Source of the DNA: Seison nebaliae | Lineage: Eukaryota | Assembly: GCA_023231475.1 (NCBI GenBank) | Contig: JALJEE010002824.1 | Coordinates: 1-58,175 of the forward strand | Reading direction: 5' to 3' | DNA: 58,175 bases | Shown: positions 22,168 to 34,914 of the stretch, in pieces | Layout of the letters: each line of letters starts with the position of its first letter | Numbering within the stretch: the stretch's first letter is position 1 | Position numbers and translations under genes: made by a program | The notes under the pieces: generated by a model | What the model was told of the DNA's origin: nothing | The model's database searches: none | The model's input: only the letters and a program-made list of their open reading frames with translations

Positions 22168-25100
22168 ATGAAAATGTTTCAATATCGATCAAGTGAAAAT
22201 ATTCCCTCGCCTTTTTTGATGGAAGATTTACAAGAAAAATTTGCCAATGAAGTTCTTCGACGAAATGAAATGGCCATTGCTAGATTAGAAGGTGGCAGAA
22301 AGAAGTTTTTTCTTATTCAGAAAATTTTTCTAATTTTCTTATTAAAGTTTTTCTGAGAAGAATTCGAACCAAAATGAAAATAATTCGAGTGACAGTCAAA
22401 CGCTTTTAGAGAAAGATGATTCTGATGATGTTGTTCGTTTGAAATCTGAATTAGTTAAATTAGAATTAGAAAGAAAACGAAGTCATCGTCGAATGTTAAA
22501 TAGAGAACTTTGGTTTAACGAGCCGAAACGAGTTATTATTTCTGTCAATTTCTTCTTTATCTTTTCTCAAAAGGGAATGGATGGCATCGCATGTAAATGT
22601 AGTAAAGACAATCGTCAATTTGGAATACGTCATCAGATTTATCGAGGTGAAAATGCCACGAAATGTGAAGGAGAAAAGAATTATTTCTATAAAGTTCTTC
22701 TCAGTTCGAAAGATGATTCAGCACTTGAAAATTTCCAAGGAAAGAAACAAAATACACAAATTAAATTAGGAGGGAAAACGTTTGAATTTGATTCGTTTAT
22801 TATTAAATCGGAAATCGTGATGGATAATTTCCCTCCTCTACAAATGATGATTTTCGCTTTTATTTACACCATCAAATTGGAACGAGTTAATGAAATGGAT
22901 GAATCGATTATTCGTAAATCGATGTCTTCTTCAAAATTATTGTTTTTATGGAATAAATGGTTATTTCATGATGTGTTGAATCTTTTCGATTTTCAATTCA
23001 TTTTCCAAGACAATTCTTTCCTGGAGATTATGCCATTATTTATTGATCGTTATTCGAGAACCATCTTAGATTCTCTTCAAATTGTTTCTCATTTTTATCG
23101 TATGTCATTGGAACCGTTATTTGAAGAAGATGAAAAACCACAATCACTCACCATTTCCACAATTGCACCAACATCATGTAAACAGAGACGTATGGAGAAT
23201 GAGATGGAAGAAGGTGAAATTTTATCAGATGATGGAGAGGATGATGATTATTATAAAGAAGTTTTTTTTTAATTTTATAACTAACAATATTTTCAAATAT
23301 TTCTTATAATAAAAGATACAACGAATAAGACGAAAGAAAAAATTGAGAGAATTGAACATTCCTAAAGGTGAATTAATTCAGTTTCCAGGATATCTCCCTG
23401 GTGCCATTCGACTCGACCAATTGGATGATGAAGATATTGATGATAATTCACGTCATTCTTCAACCATGAAACATAAAGAGAAATATCGTAACGAACATAT
23501 TTTATTCGTTCATTTTAGTCGTCGTCCATCCGTCCTCCAATTATTAAAAGATCCGAAATATTCGAAATTGTCGAAAGAATTAAAGAAACAAAAATGTATC
23601 ATCTCACAACAACAACGACGTTTGACAGTGAATGAACGATTATTGATTAGTGAGAAAGTTGACGAATTGAATCAACTCTCTCAAAATCGGGAATCGAATG
23701 AAACGGTTGCCGTTTTCCATTTACCAAATCAATCATTTCGAACAGGAATTTTTCCTGATCTCTCCATTTTCTCTTTGTTCATTCCACATGTAATTGAACA
23801 TTGTCGTTATCATAAATCATTATATGAATTGGAGAAGAGTTTAAACTATCAATTTGTCGATCGTTCCCTCCTACAATTGGCACTGACACATTCGAGTGGA
23901 AATCAATTATTTCAATCGAATCTTCTACCAAATTCTGATCATTTATTTGTTACATTGAATCATATTCGATCACGTTCTTTACGTTATGGAGATGAACGAC
24001 GTTTACAACGATTAGTCAGAAAGAAAGGAATTCCTTTACTTAAACATCTCGTCTTCTCTAATGGACAATCAAATAGGAAACATGTACCAGTAACAAGTAA
24101 TAATGGAGAGAAATATTCGGATATAAGAAATTATGAAAGATTAGAATTTTTGGGAGATGCATTATTAGAATTTATTGTTTCATGTCGATTATTTCGATTA
24201 TTTCCAATGGCTGATGAAGGTGTTCTTTCCATTTATCGGACATCTCTTGTTCAAAATCAATTTTTAACAAAATTATCAGAACGTCTCCAAATTCAAGATT
24301 ATCTACTTTTTTCTCATGGTCCAGATTTGGCACCCGTCCAAGCATTACATAATGCCACAGCTGATGTATTCGAAGCTTTATTAGCTGCTATTTATTTGGA
24401 TTCAAAACGTTTGTCTGTCGTTGAGAAAGTGTTAGGGAAAGTTCTTTGGATTGATAATGAAGAATTAGAAGGTATATGGTTAACTAATCGAAAAGATCCG
24501 ATGCAACAACAATTTCCTGATGGTGATAGACATTTGATTGAGAAACATGTAAATTTGAAAAGAGTTCAATTGTTCGAAGAGAGAATTGGTGTCCAATTTA
24601 AACATATCCGACTACTTTGTCGAGCATTCGCTTCTCAAAGTATCGGTGAAAATTATTTGTCATTAGGAAATAATCAACGATTGGAATTCCTTGGCGATAC
24701 AGTAATGAATTTCGTCATATCCGATTATCTTTATCGTAATTATCCCACACATCATGAAGGTCATCTCTCGTTATTACGTTCTGCATTGGTCAGTAATGAA
24801 ACACAAGGCGATCTCTATGAAGAATTGGGAATGAACAATTTTGTAATTCGACCCTCAAATTCCCATCAGAAATTGATAACACCCACCGAAATTAAAAAGA
24901 CGAAAGAACGAGCTGATATTTTTGAAGCTGTTCTCGGAGCTATATATATCGATCGTGGTCTACAACCAATTCATACTTTATGTAATGTTTGTATTTTTCA
25001 ACGACTATCTAAATTTATTGGAGAGGAACGTTGGAATGATCCAAAATCGAAATTACAACAATGTTGTCTAGCAAGTAGAAGTATCTCTGGGAATAAAATG

Positions 25101-25307
25101 AAGCCTGTTCTACCCGTTTACAAATTGACCAATTCAGAAGGTACTCCAAGTAATAAGATTTTTCATATGTCCGTTTCATTCAAAGGACAACTTCTCGCTT
25201 ATGGTTCAGCACGGAATAAGCATCAAGCGCAATTAGATGCTGCGAAGAATGCATTAATAGCAACTAATAATATGAGAAATTTTTCGAATAAACAACAAAC
25301 AAGTTAA
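22168..25307 (+). CDS. DROSHA: Ribonuclease III Drosha (4 exons; introns 22305-22347, 22532-22573, 23261-23315; about 999 aa)
   Basis: ELWFNEP | GMDGIACKCS...GIRHQIY (Drosha Zn/platform start), IRLDQLD, FRTGIFPD, RIIIDa ERLEFLGDA...FEALLAAIYLD, RIIIDb NQRLEFLGD...ADIFEAVLGAIYID, dsRBD WNDPKSKLQQCCL...AAKNAL. Confidence 0.95.
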
Positions 25308-26141
25308 ACTCTTCTTTTTGAAAGAAAACTCTTTTGAAACAAATTAACATTTTGTTTTCCTTTTCTTTTATTCTTTGTTGACATTTTAATAAAATTCTCT
25401 TTCTTCTTTTCATAAATTTCATAAAAATAATTCGATAAAAGAAATGGAGAAAATGACCATTATGATGGTAGTATTCACAATTAAGTTCCAATCATTTTAT
25501 TAACTCTTATTAAATTTAAGAGATTAAAATAGATAAGCTTAAATTCTAAGAGTATAATCATTGGAATAATTGGAGACGTTAATACGGAAATTGAAGTCGC
25601 TTCTCATCGAATTTCACGAACGATACATTTATTCAAATTAATCAGTTCAATTGGAGCATTATTTAAAAGTTGCGCGATAAAATAAATTTGTTACCTGAAG
25701 ATTTTTCATTCACCCCCTCCTCTCCACAACAGACAAATAGAAAAGAGAATTTTTCTTCTTTGGAAACAAAACGATTTTATGGTAATTCAAATCAAGAAAC
25801 AATTCTTCATTCGAAAATTTCGTTAATGAGAATAAATTTTCGGTTAATTCCTTTCAACATCCAAATTTTCCTCATGATTTTTCTTTATTCATTAAACATA
25901 ATTTTTCATTTATGGGAATATCTTTTGAAAATGGTTGAACGACGTGGGAAAAATTCGAATAATTTAGAAGAGACACATTTTGGAAGAGACTAATGATAGA
26001 GATTTATGAAAATCCATTTGACAATCCACGTTTGAGTCGTTCATTTAGTCGTTCTCGAACTGCATTAGAAAGTTCTAAAAAAATAGAAAGTTCGAATTGA
26101 AATTAGAAATTATTTTACAACTTTTATTCTTTTCTTAGAAA

Positions 26142-27521
26142 ATGGAGTCCTCAAGTAAATCGAATTTGAATCGACGTCAACGTCTCGTCCAATTTTATTT
26201 GATGAACACGCGACGTTTTCTCATCTCTTGTCTGTTCATTCTATTAACAATTATCATTCTGATATTTGTTCAATTCGAATTGATCAGTTGCATCGCCAAT
26301 ACAATTGAAGATAAGACGAGATGTTTAGTTGGATTAATTCTCCTCCTCAGTGTCATATGGCCGACATCGTCTTCTCATTATTATCGGAAAATTATGAATC
26401 GTCTTCTTCGTCGATTATCATTACGACGTTTGAAGATTTTGCGATGGGGAAGAAATAGGAAACAAGTATTTCATATGATTCCTTCATCACTTCTTGATGA
26501 ACCAAATGGACAATTGAAGAATTATCATAAAATTTATTTTAATATGAAAAATATGTTATATCATCGTCTACCATTGAGATTATTATCATATTATTATGGG
26601 AAATTGAATCATCTACAACTTCCATCTTATTTGAGATCGTTTGTTTATGGAATTTATATAAATTGGTTTGATGTAAGTGAAGATGATATTGGAAATCCAC
26701 TTCACGAATATGCATCAATGTCTGAATTCTTTACGAGAACTCTCCGATCCGATTGTCGATTATTAGCAAAGAAATGTGATGTATGTTTACCAAGTGACGG
26801 ATGTATATTATCATATGGACCATGTAACAATATATCCATCGATCAAATAAAGGGAGTTAATTATTCAATGAAACATTTCATTGGACCGATCACTTGGAAT
26901 GTGAGAGGGAAAGGACCAACATCAAATATTAATCATTTTTACATACCGAAACCTGATTTGCCTTATCATCAAAATCTACTACATCATGAATCGAATACTC
27001 GTCTCTATTTTACTACCATTTATTTGTCACCAGGTGATTATCATCGTTTCCATTCTCCTACCGAATGGACCATTCATTATCGACGACATTTCCCTGGAGA
27101 ATTATTCTCCGTTAATCCATCAATTGCTCGTTGGATTAATGGACTATTCGTCTTCAATGAACGTGTGATCTACATAGGCAAATGGAAGTATGGTTTCTTT
27201 AGTATGACAGCTGTTGGTGCTACTAATGTTGGCTCAATTAAAGTTTATTTCGATGATGAATTGAAAACAAATAAACGGAAGAAATGGCATCCAGGTGAGT
27301 ATTGGGACAAGGATTTCCGACAACATTTCACTTACAATTCCAATTCGATAGACGTGATAAAATCGAATGGTATTTCTTGTGAACGAAATGACTCATTTGG
27401 CCACTTCGATTTTGGTTCAACTGTAATCCTCATTTTTGAAGCACCGAACAACTTCAGATTCAATGTAACAGATGGCGCTAAAGTACGTGTTGGCGAGTCA
27501 TTAGGTAGTGTTCGGGAGTAG
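26142..27521 (+). CDS. PISD: Phosphatidylserine decarboxylase proenzyme (PSD-B type)
   Basis: LPLRLLS, EFFTRTL, PSDG, QIKGVNYS, IYLSPGDYHRFHSP, LFVFNERV, AVGATNVGSI and autocleavage motif FDFGSTVILIFEAP (xGST). Confidence 0.95.
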   Translation: MESSSKSNLNRRQRLVQFYLMNTRRFLISCLFILLTIIILIFVQFELISCIANTIEDKTRCLVGLILLLSVIWPTSSSHYYRKIMNRLLRRLSLRRLKILRWGRNRKQVFHMIPSSLLDEPNGQLKNYHKIYFNMKNMLYHRLPLRLLSYYYGKLNHLQLPSYLRSFVYGIYINWFDVSEDDIGNPLHEYASMSEFFTRTLRSDCRLLAKKCDVCLPSDGCILSYGPCNNISIDQIKGVNYSMKHFIGPITWNVRGKGPTSNINHFYIPKPDLPYHQNLLHHESNTRLYFTTIYLSPGDYHRFHSPTEWTIHYRRHFPGELFSVNPSIARWINGLFVFNERVIYIGKWKYGFFSMTAVGATNVGSIKVYFDDELKTNKRKKWHPGEYWDKDFRQHFTYNSNSIDVIKSNGISCERNDSFGHFDFGSTVILIFEAPNNFRFNVTDGAKVRVGESLGSVRE

Positions 27522-27760
27522 AACTGTACTCAGCACGTTTCCCATGCTCAACACGTGCAATTCATTTTACTCATCAAGTTAAGATTAGTCTTCCTTGTTT
27601 ATTGAAATGCATTGGAATAATAAATAAATGGATTTGTTTCCTTATCATTTTTTTTCAGATTTGATCTTATTCTATTTCCTTTTCTTTTCATCTCCTGTCT
27701 ATTATTCAGTCTTTCTCAAATATTTCAATACTTTTCAACAAGAACATATTAATGTTTTTA

Positions 27761-27787
27761 CTTCTTCTTCTTCTTCTTCTTCTTCTT
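27761..27787. repeat. (CTT)9 microsatellite in the PISD 3' flank
   Basis: cttcttcttcttcttcttcttcttctt. Confidence 0.9.
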
Positions 27788-30700
27788 TAAGTCAACCACT
27801 TATTTACATTACCGAATAATAACAATTATTCTTTACCTTTTTTCTTTTCAAAGTAAATGTGTGAAATAAACATTTGGATTTTTGAATTTTGATATTTTCA
27901 TACTCTCGATTTCAAATAATAGTTATTCATTTTATTCTCAAACTTTTAAATTTTCGTTTGGAATGATTAATAAATTGAAAATTGTTGTAATTATCTTCAG
28001 TAAATAAAACAGTTAAAAATGAAATAGAAATTAATTGTATTTCCGATAAAGGAAAAATGAAGAAGTGATGACAAGAAGGATGGAAATTAAGTGAGATGTT
28101 GTGGGGGCAAAAGATTACAAAATGACTCTATTTATTTTAGTATTAATCGTGAGAACAATGTAATTTCGTTAATAATTAAAAGTTTATTAAAAATATTTCT
28201 CAGGTGTATACTTCTTTATTGGAAGTTAATTTACTAATATTCATTTCCATCAATAAGAATAAAATTTCATTTGAAAGACGAATTGCAGTAGTGTATTGTG
28301 TAGTTAAGCATTAATATTTTGGATATTCCAACGAGAGCGATTCGCTTCACAAAAGAATTTCGAGGAATTCTAGTAGGAAATCGTTTAATGACTTTACTTA
28401 TAAATGAGGAGCAATGCTTCTTCTTCTTGCATAGGAACACGTCATATTTTGATGAAGAATTAATATATAGAAACATAAACTATCATAATCTGACAATACT
28501 GTGAGATGGTTGATGTTATAACATTTTTTCAAAAAAAAATAGTTGTCCTTCTTCACTTGTTGTGAATGTTGAACGTCTCCTCCGTCTTATATTTGATGTA
28601 GATGATTTGTTTAAAGGAAATGATAATTTATGCGGATATTGAGATTTTATGGAAGAGATAGATGGGAAAGGAATATGGATGGATTGTTGTCATGCAAATA
28701 AAATTAGAGATAATTGAAAAGAGAGGATATGTTGATTTATCATTATTCAATCACGAAAAATATTTTGGTAAATAATAAATATAGTGAACTAGAAAAATGT
28801 AAGAGCGAAAATTAGTGAGGTAGACAATATTCCTTTTTAACGGAACTAATATTCATTTTTGTCATTATTCATTACTCTCTTGGAACATCATCTCAATTGA
28901 CGAAGTGATAAAGTCAATTGAAACGATTCATCAAAAACAAAATATTATAATTCTGAGTTTAGACAGCTCGTACGAGCCAGATCATACGCTCTTCCACCAC
29001 CATTCTCAAAACATATCATACGTCGAACGGATATACTTCGAACCTTGATCGAATGATTTGAGGAGGTCGGGCAGAAGTAAAATCGAATGCAACTTATTTC
29101 TATATATTCTTTCTTTCTTTTGGAATTACTTTCTTGCAATCACTCTCTGATCGATAACTTCATATTATCTGTTTCCAAAACTCTCCAAATCGAAGTCCAC
29201 AAATATTTTTCTGTGTGATTACAATTGAATATAATAGAAACGACCTGTTACAATTAAATATGTATGTACGTCGAACTTTTAATCGATTTATCATTCCACT
29301 AACTTTCAATTATTTCACTTCAATAAAAACTTATTTAATGAGTCTAGTAAACTAACTAAGAAGTAGTAAATGAGAAATATTATCTAACATGGTTGCATCA
29401 GTATTTTATGATAAGTTGTGATCATGAACATTTCCATCATTTATTACTTTGTAATGATGCTGAGAAATGGAAGATTTCGTTTTATAACGAATAGGTTCGA
29501 TATAAACAATTTTCCTGTATATTCGAATTTATGGGGATAAAATTTTGATTAAATCCATTCACAATATGCATAGTAGATAAATAGTCACTGGTTAAAAACC
29601 AGGAAGGTAGACGTAAGTTTACTATCCGATTCTATGTAATTGGAATGCTTGAGCACAACCTTACTCTGAGGAGAATGAAGAGTTTGATAAGAGTGAATAA
29701 ATAAGATAAGAGAATGTGCTAAATTATATGAAGAGTATGGAATGGGTCTTGTTAAAGGCATTCGGTGGAATTTTGGGAGGAGAGCACATATATAAATATA
29801 TACCAATAAAAGGAAAGAAACGTTCATAATGAGCAGCAGTATAATATTATCGTAATAATTTATTTGCTGTATGTTCCGTTCCGTATCATCTATTTTTGAA
29901 TAAGAAGGACGCCAATCGATAGTTGTGCACAATGTCGGTCGTGTGTACATTGAGGGAATTATTGGCATATCAGCAAGTTTCTGATGGCGACACAATGAGC
30001 GAAATTGAAAGAAAAGAATCAGGTTATGTCATAAGGAAAGAAAGCAAGTAAGTCTTGTCCTGCATTCGGAATGTAAATGAACAAAAGAATAGACAGGAAA
30101 TAGTTCATGTGGACGAGTTGATTGGAGATACTGCAGAAATTAGTTCGAGTAATTCCTACGAAAAGAATTGTTGTTAAGAAAAATTGTGATTAGAAGAATA
30201 AATAATGAAGAAAATGGAGTTTAAGAGAACCATGTACTTGATTCGGATGTCATCCAGTTTGATGGAAGTTGTTCTCCTTTTCCAAAAGCGTACTATCATA
30301 TACTGGAGTCGCCTCCAATTCTACTCTTAATTTATTAATATGTACGTATGATGCACATGTGTTAATAGTTTGATTAATATCATTTGCAATGCACGACCGT
30401 GTGCGGGAGGAGAAAGAAGTAAGTAAAATATTCCAGGAAATAATTGAATTAATAAGAAGAATTAACTAATAAAACAGACAATTAAATCGACATATCCTTA
30501 TACATTTCTAACTTTTATATAACATTCTCACATATACACGTAAATAAGTTCCCTTCCAACATATGTTCCTAACGATGCTAGTAACAATACTATATTGCAC
30601 ATAACACGATAATTGTTATTTTCTCTCAGTTCGTAATGGAGATATACCCCCTCGAAATACTCCCTGAATTACACTGTATGGCATAAGCATATTTATGTAA

Positions 30701-33700
30701 CAACTCCTCCCAAATCAATCGGTACAAGGAAATGATTGTTAATGATGTCATCACTTATATGATAATGGATGAATACGTAAGAGAATGAATAATGAAAGAA
30801 CTATAAATTAAGAATCTTCTTAAAATTGATAAAACTAATATTATCTCAATAAGACTTTCTTATACTTCCTGCGCATGATATTGTTCAATCCTTCCAATAA
30901 AAGTAAATCAATCTTTAGAATGATTTAATTACCTTACGATGCGGGCAAGAAGAAAATTGCATCAAAAGCAAACATATTTAACTTTGAAAGTAACTTTAAT
31001 ATAATTTCCTTTTCGTTATACTTTCCATTTCATATCATTATCTACAACACAAAAGAAGTGCATTTGGATTGCCTACGATTAGAAGAAACAGTTTCTCTCA
31101 TTCGTCTTTTTCATTGATCCGAACATATTTATTTATGTGCTTCAACTTCAATTTATACTCGTCTTTGTTTTCCGCTTACAAGATGTAAACAGTTACTTAA
31201 CAGTCGAATGTCGGTTAACAATGATCAGTGAACGGGAATTCTTTTGGTAAAAGTTCATGAGAAAATATTCCAGTAACCTTGTTGGTGAGTGTGCGGTGAA
31301 GATAATGAATATCTATAAGAATAAGTTCTCAAATAAACTTTTTTAAGTCAAATTTATTAGAAAACGTTTCAGGAAGATGCTGAATGAATTCATTCTTTCG
31401 TCGAAATGGTTTTGTTTCGATCATTATTTATATTTTTCCTTCGAAATTTTAACTAACGATTATCTATTTAGTTCCTTTTCCGTTCGGTATTACATATTCA
31501 TCTTCTTTATTCACTCGTACGTATTACCTTCCCCATGTTCCTTATCATGTTTACCTATTATTAATATTCCTTCTTATCCTGCCGTTGCGTATTGCTATGG
31601 AGTGCATGTTGGCACTAAAATATCTCTTCATTTCTTCCCTACAGTCAACCAAGGAAAGTAAAGTTCCAACTTTCCTATATTCATGAGATGAGGAGGGATT
31701 AGATATGCCAACAAATTTCTTACGGCAATGGACAAGAGGAACCTTAAATATATAAAAATTACTCTTCACTCTTTGTTAGTCTCCATTCTTTGTTAGTCTT
31801 CACCGAGTAGTTAAGAAGAATTTAAAGTTTTAATGAAAATATAAGCAATTCAAGGTCGATCCCAAATACACAATCACGCATATGAATCACTTTGCTCAAC
31901 ATTTTTTTAACTACCTTCAACAATTTAACTCATTTTCTTCCTCTATGTCTTCCTCTGTTCTCATCTTCACTAGTTCTTACAAATTAGAAAGCAACGTGGA
32001 AGGAAAGCTTTCATATTCGGTTGAGCAGGTGGAATCTCTATTTCAAAAATGTGATTGGTGTCTTGTTCATTATGATCGAATTAATTTCAAAGATAAATAT
32101 AATTACATTGAAAGAGAAGTTTAAGCGAAATTTGATGCAAATTTATTCCGACATAGCTAATGAATCACAATCCAATTATTATCTAATTAAGCATATTCGT
32201 TAAACACGAACACTGTTGCACTGTTCGAAAAATAATATTGTGTAATTATCTAATTCAATTTGTCGATCGTTTCTTGAGTCTGCCTATCGTCTAACATAAT
32301 AAGTAATTTATAATTTCGTTTTCTCCATTCACTCCGTTCTGTGAGATGGCAAATGTTAACTTACACAGTTTCTTTTCCTTCATTTGATGATTAAGCGAAC
32401 TTGGTTCCCACTAAAATTCTTTCTCTCACTATCTCTCCGATCTTCTCCCTACCATTTCTCTCGTCCATGTTAATACCAATAATAAATTAATCGTCTTATA
32501 GAAGTTATATAACTGATCCCGTTTCTTTCTAGACCGATTAACTTGAATATTGGAAGATGATACTAAAGATTGATGTTATCAAACATTTTATTTTCCCCTT
32601 GATCTTGAGCGAAAATAATTAGCTACTCCTCACAAAAATTTTATCTTTATTTTCGTTACGCTTCTTAAGTAACAATTCGTATTATCAGTTTATCTTTCCG
32701 TCGAAAAATAGAAATGTTTTGTAGGAGAAAGCATCAGGAAAAATAAAACTGAAACAGAACATCCGTACTTAAATTTCTTTTATGCGCCGAACGAAATAAG
32801 AAGCACTCGATTCAAGTAGCTGAAGTGTGCAGCTATTTCTAGTTGAAATTACCGTGTTAAAAGAAGAACCTTTCCCTCCTCCATTCATCGTGAAGAGCAT
32901 TCTCAAATAATCATTAAAATTCTTAATTCTTTGACTGCTATATCTATCTTGTCATTGTTCTTACGTCAATGGCAGTCAACTTTATTCAATAAAGTCAAAT
33001 TAAGGAAACGAAAAGGATCTTTCTTAACTGTTCTGAATAAATAGTCAAATTTTCCAAATTTCTTATCCCATAATTTCTTTTATTGCCAATAAGATGAAGA
33101 AATGTTTATTTTCTTTTTTTCTCAATTATTCTCATTTCTTACATTCGATTAACTATTATAATATAACTGTAAAAATGTAGTTGAATTAAGAGAAAGTGGG
33201 AGGTGAATTCAAATAATCTTCGTTCAAAGAATGTCTTTGCTATCAATATATCCGACTGGAAACTCATCATAATTTTATTTTAGTGAATCATCAAATGATC
33301 AGTTTGTTTGTTATGATAATGGTTAAGACTGATTGATGTTCATTACTTAATTTATGCATAGATAATATGAATCATGATCATAACAGTTTCTTACTTAACT
33401 ATACATTCAGTCTCCCGACGACATTTTCTGTATGAGATAAAATGGTTATGTGACATGTGTAGTATAGTTCCAGCTTCTTCATTTACAAGAAACTTGGAAC
33501 AGATGCGTTTGAACATGTAGATGCAGCATTATCGAATCAACGATAGTTATTTGCAATGTTTCATTATTGATTAAACGACGGAGAGAATATGAGATTCATA
33601 TCAGAATTCATCAAAGAAAGATAAATCATCTTCTTCATTTAACTATGAAATGTTCATAGTTGTAGAATAGATATGAAACTTTCAAGTTTCGATTGTTGGC

Positions 33701-34914
33701 AATCGAATCTGTTGGGTTAAGGGGAGGGTCATATATCATAATTTCCAATAAAATTCATCATTAGAATGATTGACATTGGGAAAAGTCAATTTTAACTAGT
33801 TTATATATTTCGGTCAGAAATTCTCGATGTTTTTTGTCTTTAACAGAATATTTATTCGTCAATTTTGATCATCATCATTTCAGATTTTCTTTCTATATCA
33901 TTTCTTCTTTTGTTTCATTATGAGAATTATGAAGCAATGTCTGACAAATTATACAGGCAATAATTTCAGATAATAAATCATTTTTTTGTTGTGCATGGCA
34001 ATCGTCATTATTATGTTTCTCGTCGTATGGTTACTATTCTTATTGTCATTTTAAGAGAAAAGAATTACACTGTTCATGAAGAATGCTGATGGAGAGATAG
34101 AGCAATAATATTATTAACTGCCCATTTTCTCGCACATAGGCTGTCTATCTTCCCTATGTGTGTAGGGATGGATCTGATTTTAATAGTCGAGAATATTGGA
34201 TGATAATATGATAATAATAAGTATACTACTATTCTTTGAGGATCATGGCTCTTATATGAATAACTTAAACCGATCATTCTTGTCGAACTGCTTCGTCGAA
34301 GCACATTAATTATGCGCAGTCACTAGTACATGATACGAACTCAATTTTTCTGTTTCACATATACTTTTCCCACTCATTTTTTCGATGGAAGCTTTTTCTT
34401 ATTGCATAATGATCATATGGTTCCTATTAAACCTTTTCTACAATCTTTATTAATCTTCTCCAACTCCTTTCTAAGTAAAAGTGAATGGAACTGCCAATGT
34501 TTGCCAACCGTATATTTCCCTTCGTTTAAATGATTTACAAATAATTCCCAATTAAACTTCAAGGAGTCTGTCGATAAGACTCTTTATCATTTTTTATTCG
34601 CAACTATAAACGAAAAAAATATCTTCACATTTCTCTTTGAAGCACGTCATTAATTCTCTCTCGAATTAACGATAAAGATCGAAAACATAAAACCTTTCCT
34701 CGATTTATCGTCAAGTTATTTCCAGTCTTCTAATGATTTACCGAATAATCAGATTCATCTTCATATATATAATAATGTCGTACTTTTATTTTTCCATTTT
34801 CTTATTCCACAGGAACATAACATGTCCATCGTCGTAAGGTTCTTCAACAGATTTCCTTATCTGTCAACAAAGCTTGTCGATTCTCACTAAAGCATATCAG
34901 TTGATGTTGTATGA

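Noticed and set aside
28966..28977. Perfect 12-bp palindrome GCTCGTACGAGC
   Set aside because: Single occurrence with no flanking structure; compatible with chance.
31770..31803. Two-copy ~18-nt tandem repeat (tctttgttagtct)
   Set aside because: Local duplication only; not a CRISPR array or satellite.
27850..34800. Short ORFs (60-136 aa) in the 7-kb region upstream of the Cys-loop receptor
   Set aside because: No recognisable motifs or consistent exon chain; probably regulatory DNA or 5'UTR introns.
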